A stretch of DNA of 64,000 bases from an uncultured bacterium (GTDB lineage Bacteria; Babelota; Babeliae; Babelales; Babelaceae). The stretch spans positions 576,001-640,000 of the forward strand of contig OY970209.1 in NCBI GenBank assembly GCA_963713855.1, given 5' to 3'. How positions within the stretch are numbered: position 1 is the first letter of the stretch; each line of letters opens with the position of its first letter. The notes beneath the pieces are model-generated. The model did not search any database. It had not been told where the DNA came from and saw nothing but the letters and a program-made list of their open reading frames with translations. This document shows, one piece after another, positions 51,632 to 61,629 of this stretch. The position numbers and the translations under genes were made by a program.

Positions 51632-51931
51632 CCTCGGTTTCCAGTAATTATTTCAATTATTATAAAAAAAAATAGTGTGTAAAGTCAATAAACTACCATT
51701 TTACCAGTTTGGCATACGAGATTGAGGAAGCGTTTGAAATAGGAGACAGCGGTTTGCAAAGAGAAAGAACTTGTACTAACTTGCCATGTATGGAAATCAG
51801 TGTGATTGAGCTCACTTTTGCTACTAAAAAAGAATTCTTTTTGGCAGTGACGACTTGAGATGGGTACCAGCTCTCATTGTCGTGAGCGTGTGCTGATGAT
51901 GTAATTAAGAGGAGTATTAAGGAGCACCTGT

Positions 51932-54900
51932 ATGACTGTTTTATATAAAGTTTTCTCGTTTATTTTTATGCTGTTTTTTTGTGTTGCAAACGGCCAGCAA
52001 TCAAGTAAAAGCTATCCATTGCCAGGAGTTTCTAAATGGCCCAACGATGTAGCATTTTCGCCTTCGGGCGGATATCTTGCAACTGCCAATATGGGGTCAA
52101 GTGATGTAACCGTGTACAATGTCGGACCCTCGGGAGTTTTAAGCGGCGCTACATCATACGGCTTACCCCTTGGTCCAGCAATTACTAATGCTGTTGCCTT
52201 TTCACCGGAAAGTTCTCTTCTTGTTTCTGCTAATGGAAGCTCGAGTAGTGTGGCGCTCTTTGTCGTAGAAGAAAGCGGAGCATTGTCGCCGGGTACTTCG
52301 TTTCCTCTGCCTGCTGGCTCTGCTTATCCTAATTTTGTAGCGTTTTCGTCTTCCGGTGATTATGTTGCGACTGCAAACATGTCTAACGATGTTACGATAT
52401 TTAAGGTTGAAGCGGCAAGCTTGGTGGGAGCTACTTCATATCCATTGCCAACGGGTTCTGGTGATCCTCTTAACATCGCGTTTTCACCAAACGGTTTATT
52501 TCTTGCTACGGCGAACGCCCCGAATCATGTTACGGTATTTGCTGTAGGTAATGATGGTGTTTTAAGTCCTGGCACAACATACGCTTTACCACCAGATACT
52601 TCGCCTATGTCGCTGGCGTTTTCGCCGGACGGGTCCTATTTAGCAACCGTCAATCAACTGTCAAATGGCCCCCTGTTTGCTGGCAATGTGACCATATTTA
52701 CCGTGCAATCCGATGGTGTCTTATCAGAACCCACAACGTATCCCTTGCCCGCAGGCTCTCAATTGCCGCAGTCGATAGCATTCTCGCCTAATGGCCTATA
52801 TCTTGGGGTCGTTACTAATATACGTTCAGCTGTAATAATGTTTACCGTTGGGATGGGCGGAGTATTAAACGCAGGGACATCCTATAAACTGCCTGAAGGT
52901 GCCTCTGGCTCTTATTGGCTTAACTTTTCGCCTTCCGGCGCGTATGTAGCTGTAGCTAATGGGACAAATAATATCACCATGTTTTCTGTAACTTCAGAGG
53001 GAGTTCTTAGTGGGGGTGCCAACTTCAACTTGCCATCTGGAGCGACGTTGCCTGAATCCTTTGCTTTTTCTCCAAACGGGTTATATCTTGCTACTGCTAA
53101 TTATGGCTCAAGTAATATTACTGTCTTTAATGTAGGAGCTCATGGAACATTAGCAGCCGTGGGAACTTATGAAGTACTATCAAACGATGTACCACCTAAC
53201 ACATTAGCGTTTTCTCCAAATAACCTATATCTTGCCACAGCCAATGGCATTTCGAGCAGCGTGACTATGTTTAATTTTGCAAATGATGGAAAGTTGAGTA
53301 ACGGTAAGACTTTTGCGTTACCTGGAGGTTTGGGTCTACCCTCCTCAGTTGCGTTTTCGCCAAATAGCTTATATCTCGCTACTACAAGTTCCACTTCTAG
53401 TCCCGCTGCTAACGCTGTCACGGTGTTTCAGGTTGGAGCGGGTGGGACGTTAAGTAACGATGTAACATATAGTGGCAATTTCTTTTACCCCTCGTGGGTG
53501 GCGTTTTCGCCTAATGGCATGTATCTGGCTACCGCAAATTCCATTTCAAATGATGTGACGCTCTTTAAAGTTGCGGCAAACGGAAAACTTAGCGATGCCG
53601 GATCGTACCCCCTTCCTTTGAACTCTATGAGCCCTTATTTGGTAGCATTCTCACCCGATAGTGAGTATCTTGCAACTCCCAACTATTCAAACGATGTGAC
53701 TATTTTTCAGGTTCTCAAAAACGGAACCCTGTCTTCCGGTAAGTCATACGCGCTGCCCGCGGGTTCCACAAGTCCTTTCGGGGCTGCATTCTCTCCGGAT
53801 GGGCTCTATCTTGCTACGTCAAACTTCGGTTCTAGCAGCGTTGCTGTATTTAAAGTGCAAAATGGCGGAGCGCTTACTGAGGGAATTTCTTATGCAATCT
53901 CAAATACTCCGGCCACAGAAGTGGCTGCTGTTGCTTTTTCGCCCAACGGTTTATATCTTGCGACTGCAAACACAGGCCCTTCAACCGTTACACTGTTTAG
54001 TTTTGCTGAAGGGGTGCTTTCTGGTAATAATTCTTACGTCTTGCCGCAGTTATTCACTGGTTCACGAAATCCAGACTCGATCGCTTTCTCGCCTAATCGT
54101 TTATATCTCGTAACTGCAAACTATAACTCAAGTGACGTTACGCTCTTTAACGTTGGCTTACCAAGCAGTGGTTATGCTTTGCAAAATAAAACCTCCTATC
54201 CCTTGCCCTACAACACGGCATTAGGAGCATCACTACCTGCCTCAGTAGCCGTTTCACCGAATAGTTTTCAGGTCGTAACTGCTAATCAACAGACTGATGA
54301 TATAACAGTATTTGAATCAGTGGCTGGTCAATTAATTAACGCGGTCACTTATCCATTGCCTGATAATGCAAAAAACCCGAGCTTTGTACAATTTTCGCCG
54401 GATAATCTTTACCTTGCTGTAGCAAATAGCGGATCAAACAATATTGCAGTTTTCAATGTTACTCAGAATGGAGCTTTAGAGAACACGGCTACTTATCAAT
54501 TACCAGCTGGAGCATTAGATCCTCAAGCACTTGCTTTTACGCTAGACGGTGCCTATCTAGCAACAGCAAATAAGGGCTCGAATGATGTTACCCTCTTTAA
54601 TGTAACAGAAGGTACTTTAAGCAATCCGGTAACAACGCCCTTACCATCAGGCTCTAAAGGACCTGCATCAATCATATTTGTTCCGCTTGGTAGCAATACT
54701 AGTTTATTACTTGTAACTGCTAATAGCGGTTCAAATGACGTAACTGTTTATCTTTTTCAAGACGGTATTCTTAGTAATCCGCGATCTTATCCATTACCAG
54801 CTAACGCTCTTGGTCCTCAATCGATCGCAGTTTCTCCTGATGGAACCCAACTTGCTACGTCAAATAATGCCTCGAATACTATCGCGATATTTACTGTTCT

Positions 54901-55273
54901 GCAGGGAATGCTTAGTCAAGGTACGGTTTATACACTACCTGCTAATTCAACAGGCTGTGTAGCGTTGGCATTTTATCCTTCTGTTTATAATGATAGCGTG
55001 ATTGCGACTGCAAATAGTAACTCGAATGACGTTTCCGTGTTAGTTTTGGAAAGCCCTCAGTCAGGGGATGGGAGCAGCTTGCCTCTTGGTCTTATTATTG
55101 GAACAACTGTGGGGATTCCCCTTGGGCTGAGCTTACTAGTAGCAACCGTTGGAGTTGGTAGTTGGCTTATTTATAAATACCGATATCGATACAAGGGCAT
55201 GGGTCAGGTCAACTTCTTAGGAAATGAAAACTTAAGCGATCCGCTTATCGAAAATGGCGTGGACGTTTTATAA
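51932..55273 (+). CDS. Large beta-propeller repeat protein (21 repeats), type I membrane topology
   Basis: AAGGAG SD, signal, 21 AFSP.G.YLATAN-type repeats, QSGDGSS linker, TM helix, tail; paralog of 38231..41485. Confidence 0.85.
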   Translation: MTVLYKVFSFIFMLFFCVANGQQSSKSYPLPGVSKWPNDVAFSPSGGYLATANMGSSDVTVYNVGPSGVLSGATSYGLPLGPAITNAVAFSPESSLLVSANGSSSSVALFVVEESGALSPGTSFPLPAGSAYPNFVAFSSSGDYVATANMSNDVTIFKVEAASLVGATSYPLPTGSGDPLNIAFSPNGLFLATANAPNHVTVFAVGNDGVLSPGTTYALPPDTSPMSLAFSPDGSYLATVNQLSNGPLFAGNVTIFTVQSDGVLSEPTTYPLPAGSQLPQSIAFSPNGLYLGVVTNIRSAVIMFTVGMGGVLNAGTSYKLPEGASGSYWLNFSPSGAYVAVANGTNNITMFSVTSEGVLSGGANFNLPSGATLPESFAFSPNGLYLATANYGSSNITVFNVGAHGTLAAVGTYEVLSNDVPPNTLAFSPNNLYLATANGISSSVTMFNFANDGKLSNGKTFALPGGLGLPSSVAFSPNSLYLATTSSTSSPAANAVTVFQVGAGGTLSNDVTYSGNFFYPSWVAFSPNGMYLATANSISNDVTLFKVAANGKLSDAGSYPLPLNSMSPYLVAFSPDSEYLATPNYSNDVTIFQVLKNGTLSSGKSYALPAGSTSPFGAAFSPDGLYLATSNFGSSSVAVFKVQNGGALTEGISYAISNTPATEVAAVAFSPNGLYLATANTGPSTVTLFSFAEGVLSGNNSYVLPQLFTGSRNPDSIAFSPNRLYLVTANYNSSDVTLFNVGLPSSGYALQNKTSYPLPYNTALGASLPASVAVSPNSFQVVTANQQTDDITVFESVAGQLINAVTYPLPDNAKNPSFVQFSPDNLYLAVANSGSNNIAVFNVTQNGALENTATYQLPAGALDPQALAFTLDGAYLATANKGSNDVTLFNVTEGTLSNPVTTPLPSGSKGPASIIFVPLGSNTSLLLVTANSGSNDVTVYLFQDGILSNPRSYPLPANALGPQSIAVSPDGTQLATSNNASNTIAIFTVLQGMLSQGTVYTLPANSTGCVALAFYPSVYNDSVIATANSNSNDVSVLVLESPQSGDGSSLPLGLIIGTTVGIPLGLSLLVATVGVGSWLIYKYRYRYKGMGQVNFLGNENLSDPLIENGVDVL

Positions 55274-55360
55274 TGTTTTCAAAACTCATCGAAAAGTAAG
55301 CTTCGAAAATCTTTCCCTTCGTATAGCCGGATGAGTTGTTGAAATAAGCCGACAAACTAG

Positions 55361-55486
55361 AAAGAGTACAAATTGGGAATCCAGGAAAAATATTCTTTAG
55401 ACGCTATGCTCAGCCAGATAACTGAAGAGAATAAGCGTGGTTTAGAATGGAACGATGGCAATAGGAGAGGCGCTGAAGAATGGTAA
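55361..55486 (+). pseudogene. MazE/ChpAI antitoxin C-terminal remnant
   Basis: Translates KYSLDAMLSQITEENKRGLEWNDGNRRGAEEW*; in-frame TAG at 55358 removes the AbrB-type N-terminus. Confidence 0.7.
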
Positions 55487-55814
55487 AGTATATACCAGAT
55501 CGCGGTGATATAGTATGGCTTGAATTTGGGCCTCAAAAGGGTAGAGAAATACAAAAAACGGATCTGCTTTGATTGTTTCACCAAAGAATTACAACTCAAA
55601 AGTTGGTCTAGCGTTGTGCATGCCTATTAGGAGCAAAATCAAAGGCTATCCTTTTAAGGTAGTTATAAATGAAGGGTCTGTTAGAGGAGCGATATTAAGT
55701 GATCAAATACGTTCATTGAACTGGTTATCAAGAAAAGCAGTTTTTATTGTCCAATGTGATAATGACTTACTTCATGTGGCTCTAGTAAAGCTCAAGCTTT
55801 TAATTGATCAATAA
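55480..55814 (+). pseudogene. Frameshifted MazF toxin
   Basis: MVKYIPDRGDIVWLEFGPQKGREIQKT then a frameshift near 55560 to SALIVSPKNYN...PI.SKIKGYPF.V...ILSDQIRSLNW..RKA. Confidence 0.8.
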
Positions 55815-56266
55815 GATAGATGGACGCGTGAGATTGCGTAACTTGAAATAGTTAGTTTTAGTGAATGTTCATACGTAGAAAATTGCAGTCCATAATGCTT
55901 ATCGCTATATGGGCAAGCACAGTCATAGCAAGGAAAATCCGTGGCACGTGAACTATAAAAACAGTAATTTATCGTAGTGGAAATAGTGAGCGGTGGTTTT
56001 ACCCGTTACGTGGTAAGCTCCGATCGCTTTTTTTAGCCTGGATGGAACCCATTTGCTGTTGATGTACTTTGTCAGTTCTAGCGCTTCGCGGACCTTCAGA
56101 ATAAACACCTAATAATCCGCACGCGGGTCAAATTGTAGAAAATCTACCCAACAAATTCAAAAAAAGATATTCTTGTAGATATTTTCCCCTGATTGCGTAA
56201 AGCAAGAGCAATGAGAATAAAAATGCTTAGCTAAGTTGGGTTGTATGTTGAAGAGAGGGATGCTTA

Positions 56267-57607
56267 ATGGTTGAGTGTATAGTAATTGACCAATCTCCTG
56301 CATTACGTGGGTCGGTGGATGTTGCAGGTGCCAAGAACGCTGTGCTTGTTATTATGGCATCGCTCATCTTGACCTCAGGAAAATCTCGTCTTTTTAATGT
56401 ACCCTGGTCCGCAGATGTGGAGCACATGGCTTTGCTGCTTCGGACTTTGGGAGCGGACGTCGAATTTAACCGTGTTAACCAATCGTTAGAGATTGATACT
56501 GCGCACCTTAATCGCTACACAATCAATCCAGAAAGCATGCGCAAGATGCGTGCTTCTATTCTTCTCATGGGACCCCTTCTTGCTCGTTTTGGCTTAGCAG
56601 AAGTGGCCATACCCGGAGGCTGTGTTATAGGTCAACGTCCAATAGATTTTCACCTTAAAAGTTTTGTGCGCATGGGAGTTGAACTAGAACTGCAGGGCGA
56701 ATTTATCAAAGCGACTGCAAGTCAATTAAAAGCCACACGCATCGTGCTTGAATACCCAAGCGTTGGTTGTACCGAAAATGTTCTTATGGCAGCGGCTTTA
56801 ACACCCGGATTGACGACCGTAGTTAACGCAGCCTTAGAGCCCGAAGTGCTTGACCTCATTGCAGCGCTTCAGAAAATGGGAGCATCGATAGAGATAAAAG
56901 CTCCTGCAACAATTGAAGTCGAAGGCATGGATGAGCTACGACCAATCGAGCATACCATTATGCCTGATCGGTTAGAGGCTGGGTCGCTTCTTGTAGCAGC
57001 TGCTATGACGGGCGGGACCGTTACGGTACGACATGTTTCCGCTTTAACTCTTGAGGTATTTTTAGAAAAATTATCTGAAATGGGGCATACCATTTCAATG
57101 GGGCCTGCGGGCAAGGATATTACACTCAAAGCAACAGATTCGCCTAAAGCGGTGTCTTTCAGAACCATGCCCTATCCGGGCTTTCCCACTGATCTTCAAG
57201 CGCCAATGCTTGCGGCACAGTGTGTTGCTGAAGGTGTAAGTTACATTCAAGAAACAGTGTATGAAAATCGCCTACTCCATACGCGTGAGCTTCAAAAAAT
57301 GGGGGCGCATATTACGTTGGATGGCCAAACGGCTACAATCAAAGGGGTTGAAATGCTTTACGGCAGTCGCGTTATAGCTACAGATATACGAGCATCTGCA
57401 GCTTTGATTGTTGCTGGCCTTAGAGCCGAGGGTCAGACTATTATGACGGGTATCCACCACTTAAAGCGCGGCTACCAAGACATTGAACGCAAGCTTTCAT
57501 ACTTGGGAGCTCGACTTGGGTACGCTTCATATGAAAATGTTCTCCATGACGCAAAGCCCGTTTTTTCAACTGAAAATAGGCCACAAACCGCTGATGCTAG
57601 TCTATAA
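56267..57607 (+). CDS. murA: UDP-N-acetylglucosamine 1-carboxyvinyltransferase
   Basis: GAKNA, MRAS...GPLLAR, PGGC.IG.RP.D.H, SVG.TEN, PYPGFPTDLQ, TDIRASA. Confidence 0.97.
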   Translation: MVECIVIDQSPALRGSVDVAGAKNAVLVIMASLILTSGKSRLFNVPWSADVEHMALLLRTLGADVEFNRVNQSLEIDTAHLNRYTINPESMRKMRASILLMGPLLARFGLAEVAIPGGCVIGQRPIDFHLKSFVRMGVELELQGEFIKATASQLKATRIVLEYPSVGCTENVLMAAALTPGLTTVVNAALEPEVLDLIAALQKMGASIEIKAPATIEVEGMDELRPIEHTIMPDRLEAGSLLVAAAMTGGTVTVRHVSALTLEVFLEKLSEMGHTISMGPAGKDITLKATDSPKAVSFRTMPYPGFPTDLQAPMLAAQCVAEGVSYIQETVYENRLLHTRELQKMGAHITLDGQTATIKGVEMLYGSRVIATDIRASAALIVAGLRAEGQTIMTGIHHLKRGYQDIERKLSYLGARLGYASYENVLHDAKPVFSTENRPQTADASL

Positions 57608-58439
57608 AGCTTCCAATAAGGTCAGTAAGTTCGCGAGTGATCGTTGCTTGTCGTAATTTGTTATAGCTCAACTTCAGATTAGCAATGATCTCTTCAGCGT
57701 TTCTGGTCGCGCTATCCATAGAAAGAAAACGCGCGGACGACTCGGCTAAAAGAGAATCCATAAGCAATGATTCGATACGTGCCTTGATAGCAAGAACTCC
57801 GAGAGTGTTTAGAGTATCTTGATATGATTGTTCTTGTACCAATGATACTGCTTGACGAGGCAGTGAGACGCTTGAGGCTTGAAAAATATCTTTAGTGAAT
57901 GTTATGCGCTCATACGTTTGCGTAAAGAAGGTTTTAGGGCGACTTGTGTAAAGAGTAACCGAATCGTAAAGGGGTGATACAATATATTTAGCAAGCTCAT
58001 CAGTTATGTTCGTAATCTCGTGCGACCCAAAGACATCGAAGGAAAAAACGGGCACGATGCTCTGATAGAGCAATGCCTCTTTCATTTGCTTTCCTATAAC
58101 CAAAATATCGTAATCGATACTTTTTGATGGCTTATGCCCTTTAAAATAGGCCACCAGATTAACGTTAAAATTGCCGCACAGCCCTTTTTGGGACCCGACG
58201 ATGACGACCAGCTCTTTTCGGGGATGATTTACTTCCTCTGTTTGGTGGCTATGGGCAGTGCTTTTAGCAAGGAGGGTGTGTAAAAGCCTTTCAACAGTAT
58301 CGGTATAGAGCACGAGCGAAGATTTTTCTTGCTGCAAGCGATTATGGGATGCCATTGCAATAAGGCGCATCGCATTTGTTGTTTTTTGAGTAGTCTCAGT
58401 CGCTAACAGCCGCTGGCGCAACTGAGTGAGTAAAGACAT
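57597..58439 (-). CDS. atpG: ATP synthase F1 gamma subunit
   Basis: K.T.AM..IA, KGLCG.FN, AE..ARF.SMDSAT.NA, YNKLRQA.IT.EL. Confidence 0.93.
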   Translation of the reverse strand: MSLLTQLRQRLLATETTQKTTNAMRLIAMASHNRLQQEKSSLVLYTDTVERLLHTLLAKSTAHSHQTEEVNHPRKELVVIVGSQKGLCGNFNVNLVAYFKGHKPSKSIDYDILVIGKQMKEALLYQSIVPVFSFDVFGSHEITNITDELAKYIVSPLYDSVTLYTSRPKTFFTQTYERITFTKDIFQASSVSLPRQAVSLVQEQSYQDTLNTLGVLAIKARIESLLMDSLLAESSARFLSMDSATRNAEEIIANLKLSYNKLRQATITRELTDLIGSFID

Positions 58440-58539
58440 GCTTAAACCCTCATAATTATTTACTAAATAGAGTACGCTATTATTAATGTACGATGTCTAG
58501 AACTTCTTTGCAAATCAAAAAAAGGGTAGCGCGCTTTGT

Positions 58540-59121
58540 ATGGTTATAGTCATAGATGCTTATAATGTGCTTAAGGCGGATTTTGGCAATGCCTTTATTC
58601 AACCGCACGTGACTGAGCGCTTTATCGATGACCTGTGGGCATATAGTAAACGTAAGCACCACACACTGCTTGTTGTTTTTGACGGTGGTCCTGATGTGCG
58701 CGCCTCAAGAAGAGTAAAAGATTACCTTCAAGTCATCTATGCGGGTAGATCGCGATCTGCTGATGATGCCATTAAAGAGCTTCTTGAAATACTAAACCCT
58801 GCTGATACTTTGCTTGTAACTTCAGATAGGATGTTGCGTACGTACGCTTGGCGGTATAGTATTAATTCTATTGAGCCATCTCTTTTTAGGCGCTATAGTA
58901 AGTCTTCCAATGTAGTTGAAAAGCCGCGCGTTATTAAAGATAAAAAAGCTCCGGTAAAAAGAACGAATCATGAAAGTAGTGTCGAACTAGATGAACTGAT
59001 GCAAAAGGCCGCACAGGTAACATTTATAAAGGAAGAGGATGTAGCTTTGCCCGAAACTGAAGCGTTAGAAAAGACATCAAAAAAAGAACGAAAACTCTCT
59101 TACCTGATAAGCAAGTTATGA
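58540..59121 (+). CDS. NYN/YacP (Rae1-like) PIN-fold ribonuclease
   Basis: IDAYNV, VVFDG, SADD.I, LVTSDR.L. Confidence 0.85.
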   Translation: MVIVIDAYNVLKADFGNAFIQPHVTERFIDDLWAYSKRKHHTLLVVFDGGPDVRASRRVKDYLQVIYAGRSRSADDAIKELLEILNPADTLLVTSDRMLRTYAWRYSINSIEPSLFRRYSKSSNVVEKPRVIKDKKAPVKRTNHESSVELDELMQKAAQVTFIKEEDVALPETEALEKTSKKERKLSYLISKL

Positions 59122-59549
59122 AAGTACATGAACTAATCTACACGCTTGATACCATAGACGACGTTGCCGAGGACCTTCATGAGCTTCTACCGGACGTTTC
59201 CGTTTTAACATTTAGCGGCAGCCTAGGCGCTGGTAAGACAACCCTTATTCAGGCGCTTTTAAAGCGTTGCGGTATTTTTGACGTAATACAAAGTCCCACA
59301 TTTACCTACTTGTCTCCATACACGAACTCAAGCGGCCAAACCTTTTATCATTTTGACCTCTACCGCATTAAATCATTACAGCATTTTCGTGAAGCCGGCT
59401 TTGAAGAGTATCTTTACGAGCTTAATAGCTGGTCTCTTATCGAGTGGCCCGCAGTCATAAAGCCATTACTAACTTGTAAAGTTGCTGATTTTGTAATCGA
59501 TTATTACGGCCAAGATAGAAGAAAACTAACCTATTCAATTAAAAAATAA
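59118..59549 (+). CDS. tsaE: t6A biosynthesis ATPase TsaE
   Basis: G.LGAGKTT, SPTF, HFDLYR, IEW. Confidence 0.95.
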   Translation: MKVHELIYTLDTIDDVAEDLHELLPDVSVLTFSGSLGAGKTTLIQALLKRCGIFDVIQSPTFTYLSPYTNSSGQTFYHFDLYRIKSLQHFREAGFEEYLYELNSWSLIEWPAVIKPLLTCKVADFVIDYYGQDRRKLTYSIKK

Positions 59550-59624
59550 ACTTTTAAATCGATTTTCTTTTTTTCGTACTATTGACTTGCTGCATGGTTT
59601 AACTGTGCTTTATAGGCATTTTGT

Positions 59625-60667
59625 ATGCAAAGGCAAATCTATGATGCGCTATTTGTCACTGTTATGGCTGTTCGTTTTTCGAATCTCATATATGGTGAAG
59701 GCTTTGGGCCTTACACGATGATACCTGTTTTTAACGGATTTACGCCTATTTATTTGCTTAATAAAGGTGATACAGTTCGTTGTCATCACTATGACACAAT
59801 AAGGATAGCTAATGTTCGCATTCACTCTGTAACTGAGTCTGTAATAATAAAGTTTAGTAACGAGGAGCAAGTGTGGGTTGCAGCAGACCAACGCATCTAT
59901 GTACCTGTTAGATACAAACATCGTTTTGTTTATGAACTTTATCCTTGTTATGACGATGATAGCTGGCGGACTTATTTTTTTGGCTTGAGTTCTGCACGGT
60001 TACTTCGATCGAGTTTCTATTTCATAAGCCACTTCCTTTTTACAGTTTAGAAATTGCGGGGTTAGACCAAAAATTCTGTTTGATAGATCAAGTGGAGGTG
60101 CATAACTTTCCCTGGACTGCAGGCGTAGAGATTACATTTAGCCATGACGGCTTATTTGATTTTGCAAGTTATGCATTTGCTAATTTCAACGTATATGGAG
60201 TTGTGATTTTTGCTGGGGTTGCTGTTGGAGCTGCTGCAAAATATGCCTATGATAAAACCAAACAGAAATGGGAAAATACGGGTTTTAGAGTTAAAGTAGA
60301 TGCAGCAGACAAAAAGCCCGAGGAGGATTGTGATCCGGCATTTCCTCATACATGCTCATACATGGATGCACCGTACCACCATCATCAGAGTCGGGGAAGT
60401 GCTGAAGGCGGCAAAAGTAGAGCGCCTAAGAATGGTCTAGCTGCTTTGCGCAATTCAATCCCAATTGGTGGAAGTAGTTATGCTCGTATTGGTGTTAGTG
60501 AAGGCGAAATAGTTAAACTTCCCTACAGTAATAACTGTATTTTTCATGGATTTGTAGAGTGGGATGATTTGGATAAATCTGCCCGAAGTATGCTTGAGAA
60601 AGCTGGCCTAGTGAACAAAAAAGGCAGGATTTTATATCATGTTACCAAAATTAGAATTTATTTATAA
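59625..60667 (+). CDS. Hint-domain polymorphic toxin split by a -1 frameshift near 59975-59981
   Basis: Frame A: EGF...T.I....G..PI..L.KGD.V (Hint N). Frame B is open from 59963: VTSI...FYSLEI...V.VHN (Hint C), hydrophobic segment, then toxin-like YH...KS.AP.NG..AL.NS...FHG...W..L. Confidence 0.7.
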
Positions 60668-61250
60668 TAAGGAAAAAGGTGCGATACAACTTTACGCGTC
60701 TAGCAAAAGTTTTTCAAGAATACTTTTGTTTTTAGATGTACTGAATGTCATCGAAGATAAGTATCTTTTTTTAGATAAATTGCTAAACAATCAGTCGAGC
60801 GAGCTTTCTCCGTCAATTAGCAACATTGGATATATAGAGAATGAATATTCTTATACTGAAATTTTGCCACACGGTATTGAATCTGAAGATTTCTTAAAAT
60901 TTGTTTTTTGCTCTACGCCAAGTTATCCGCAACCCAACCTCACTACATGGATTTATAAACAAGCTAATCGCTATTACTTAGAGATAACTCCTAATTATCC
61001 CTACGAATATAGAGATCCTAAGCCAGATGAGAGGTACATATCGTTTGAAGACTTTATGAAGGATTATAAGCCCTTCTATAAAGAAACTATAACAAGACAG
61101 GATCTTCAAGAGTTAAGAAATTTATTTGCCAAAGCGACTATAGAAACCTATAAAAACATGTATTACGACGCAATGCATGCTTTAAGTGAAACTGAAGCCT
61201 GTAGGCACATGGATGTGGATGATCAAGATAAAAGGCAGAAACTTATGTAA
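60639..61250 (+). CDS. Candidate immunity protein
   Basis: Overlaps the toxin 3' end, same strand, no signal peptide; TWIY....LEITP.YP motif. Confidence 0.55.
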   Translation: MLPKLEFIYNKEKGAIQLYASSKSFSRILLFLDVLNVIEDKYLFLDKLLNNQSSELSPSISNIGYIENEYSYTEILPHGIESEDFLKFVFCSTPSYPQPNLTTWIYKQANRYYLEITPNYPYEYRDPKPDERYISFEDFMKDYKPFYKETITRQDLQELRNLFAKATIETYKNMYYDAMHALSETEACRHMDVDDQDKRQKLM

Positions 61251-61276
61251 GCGGTTATTGATTAGAAGCATCCCGA

Positions 61277-61501
61277 TCATTTTTTTTGTCCTGCTTTGTA
61301 TTCAGCCATCGCACATCTGAGCGAAGTGCCGAATTGTCGAACACAATATTCGTCACCGCTACCACAATAGCCGGCATCGCTACAACAACGGCCAGGATCG
61401 CAATCACGATTGCATTTGCATCTGCCTGAAGGATCTTCTTTAGAAAAACTTGCCGAGGGTAGGGCAAGGATAAAAATCGCTAGTATTAATGACGTTTTCA
61501 C
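61277..61501 (-). CDS. Secreted hevein-like (CBM18-like) cysteine-rich peptide, 74 aa
   Basis: GTG start with GAGG SD; signal; CKCNRDCDPGRCCSDAGYCGSGDEYC. Confidence 0.8.
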   Translation of the reverse strand: MKTSLILAIFILALPSASFSKEDPSGRCKCNRDCDPGRCCSDAGYCGSGDEYCVRQFGTSLRCAMAEYKAGQKK

Positions 61502-61629
61502 AGAGTACCTCAATTCTATTTTTGCTAAGACTTCATCTTGAAAAAGTGCCGACTTGTCAACCAAAATGTTAATCCGCAATAGCGCGATTACTGCAACAGT
61601 CGGGACGTGAGCTGATTATGAGTGCTTTT

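Noticed and set aside
51820..51900. Hairpins upstream of the large propeller gene as a possible riboswitch
   Set aside because: No recognisable riboswitch consensus; would need an Rfam search.
55954..56109. About 51-codon minus-strand ORF (VFILKVREALELTKYINSKWVPSRLKK...) upstream of murA
   Set aside because: Short, with no recognisable motif; may be a gene remnant but cannot be supported.
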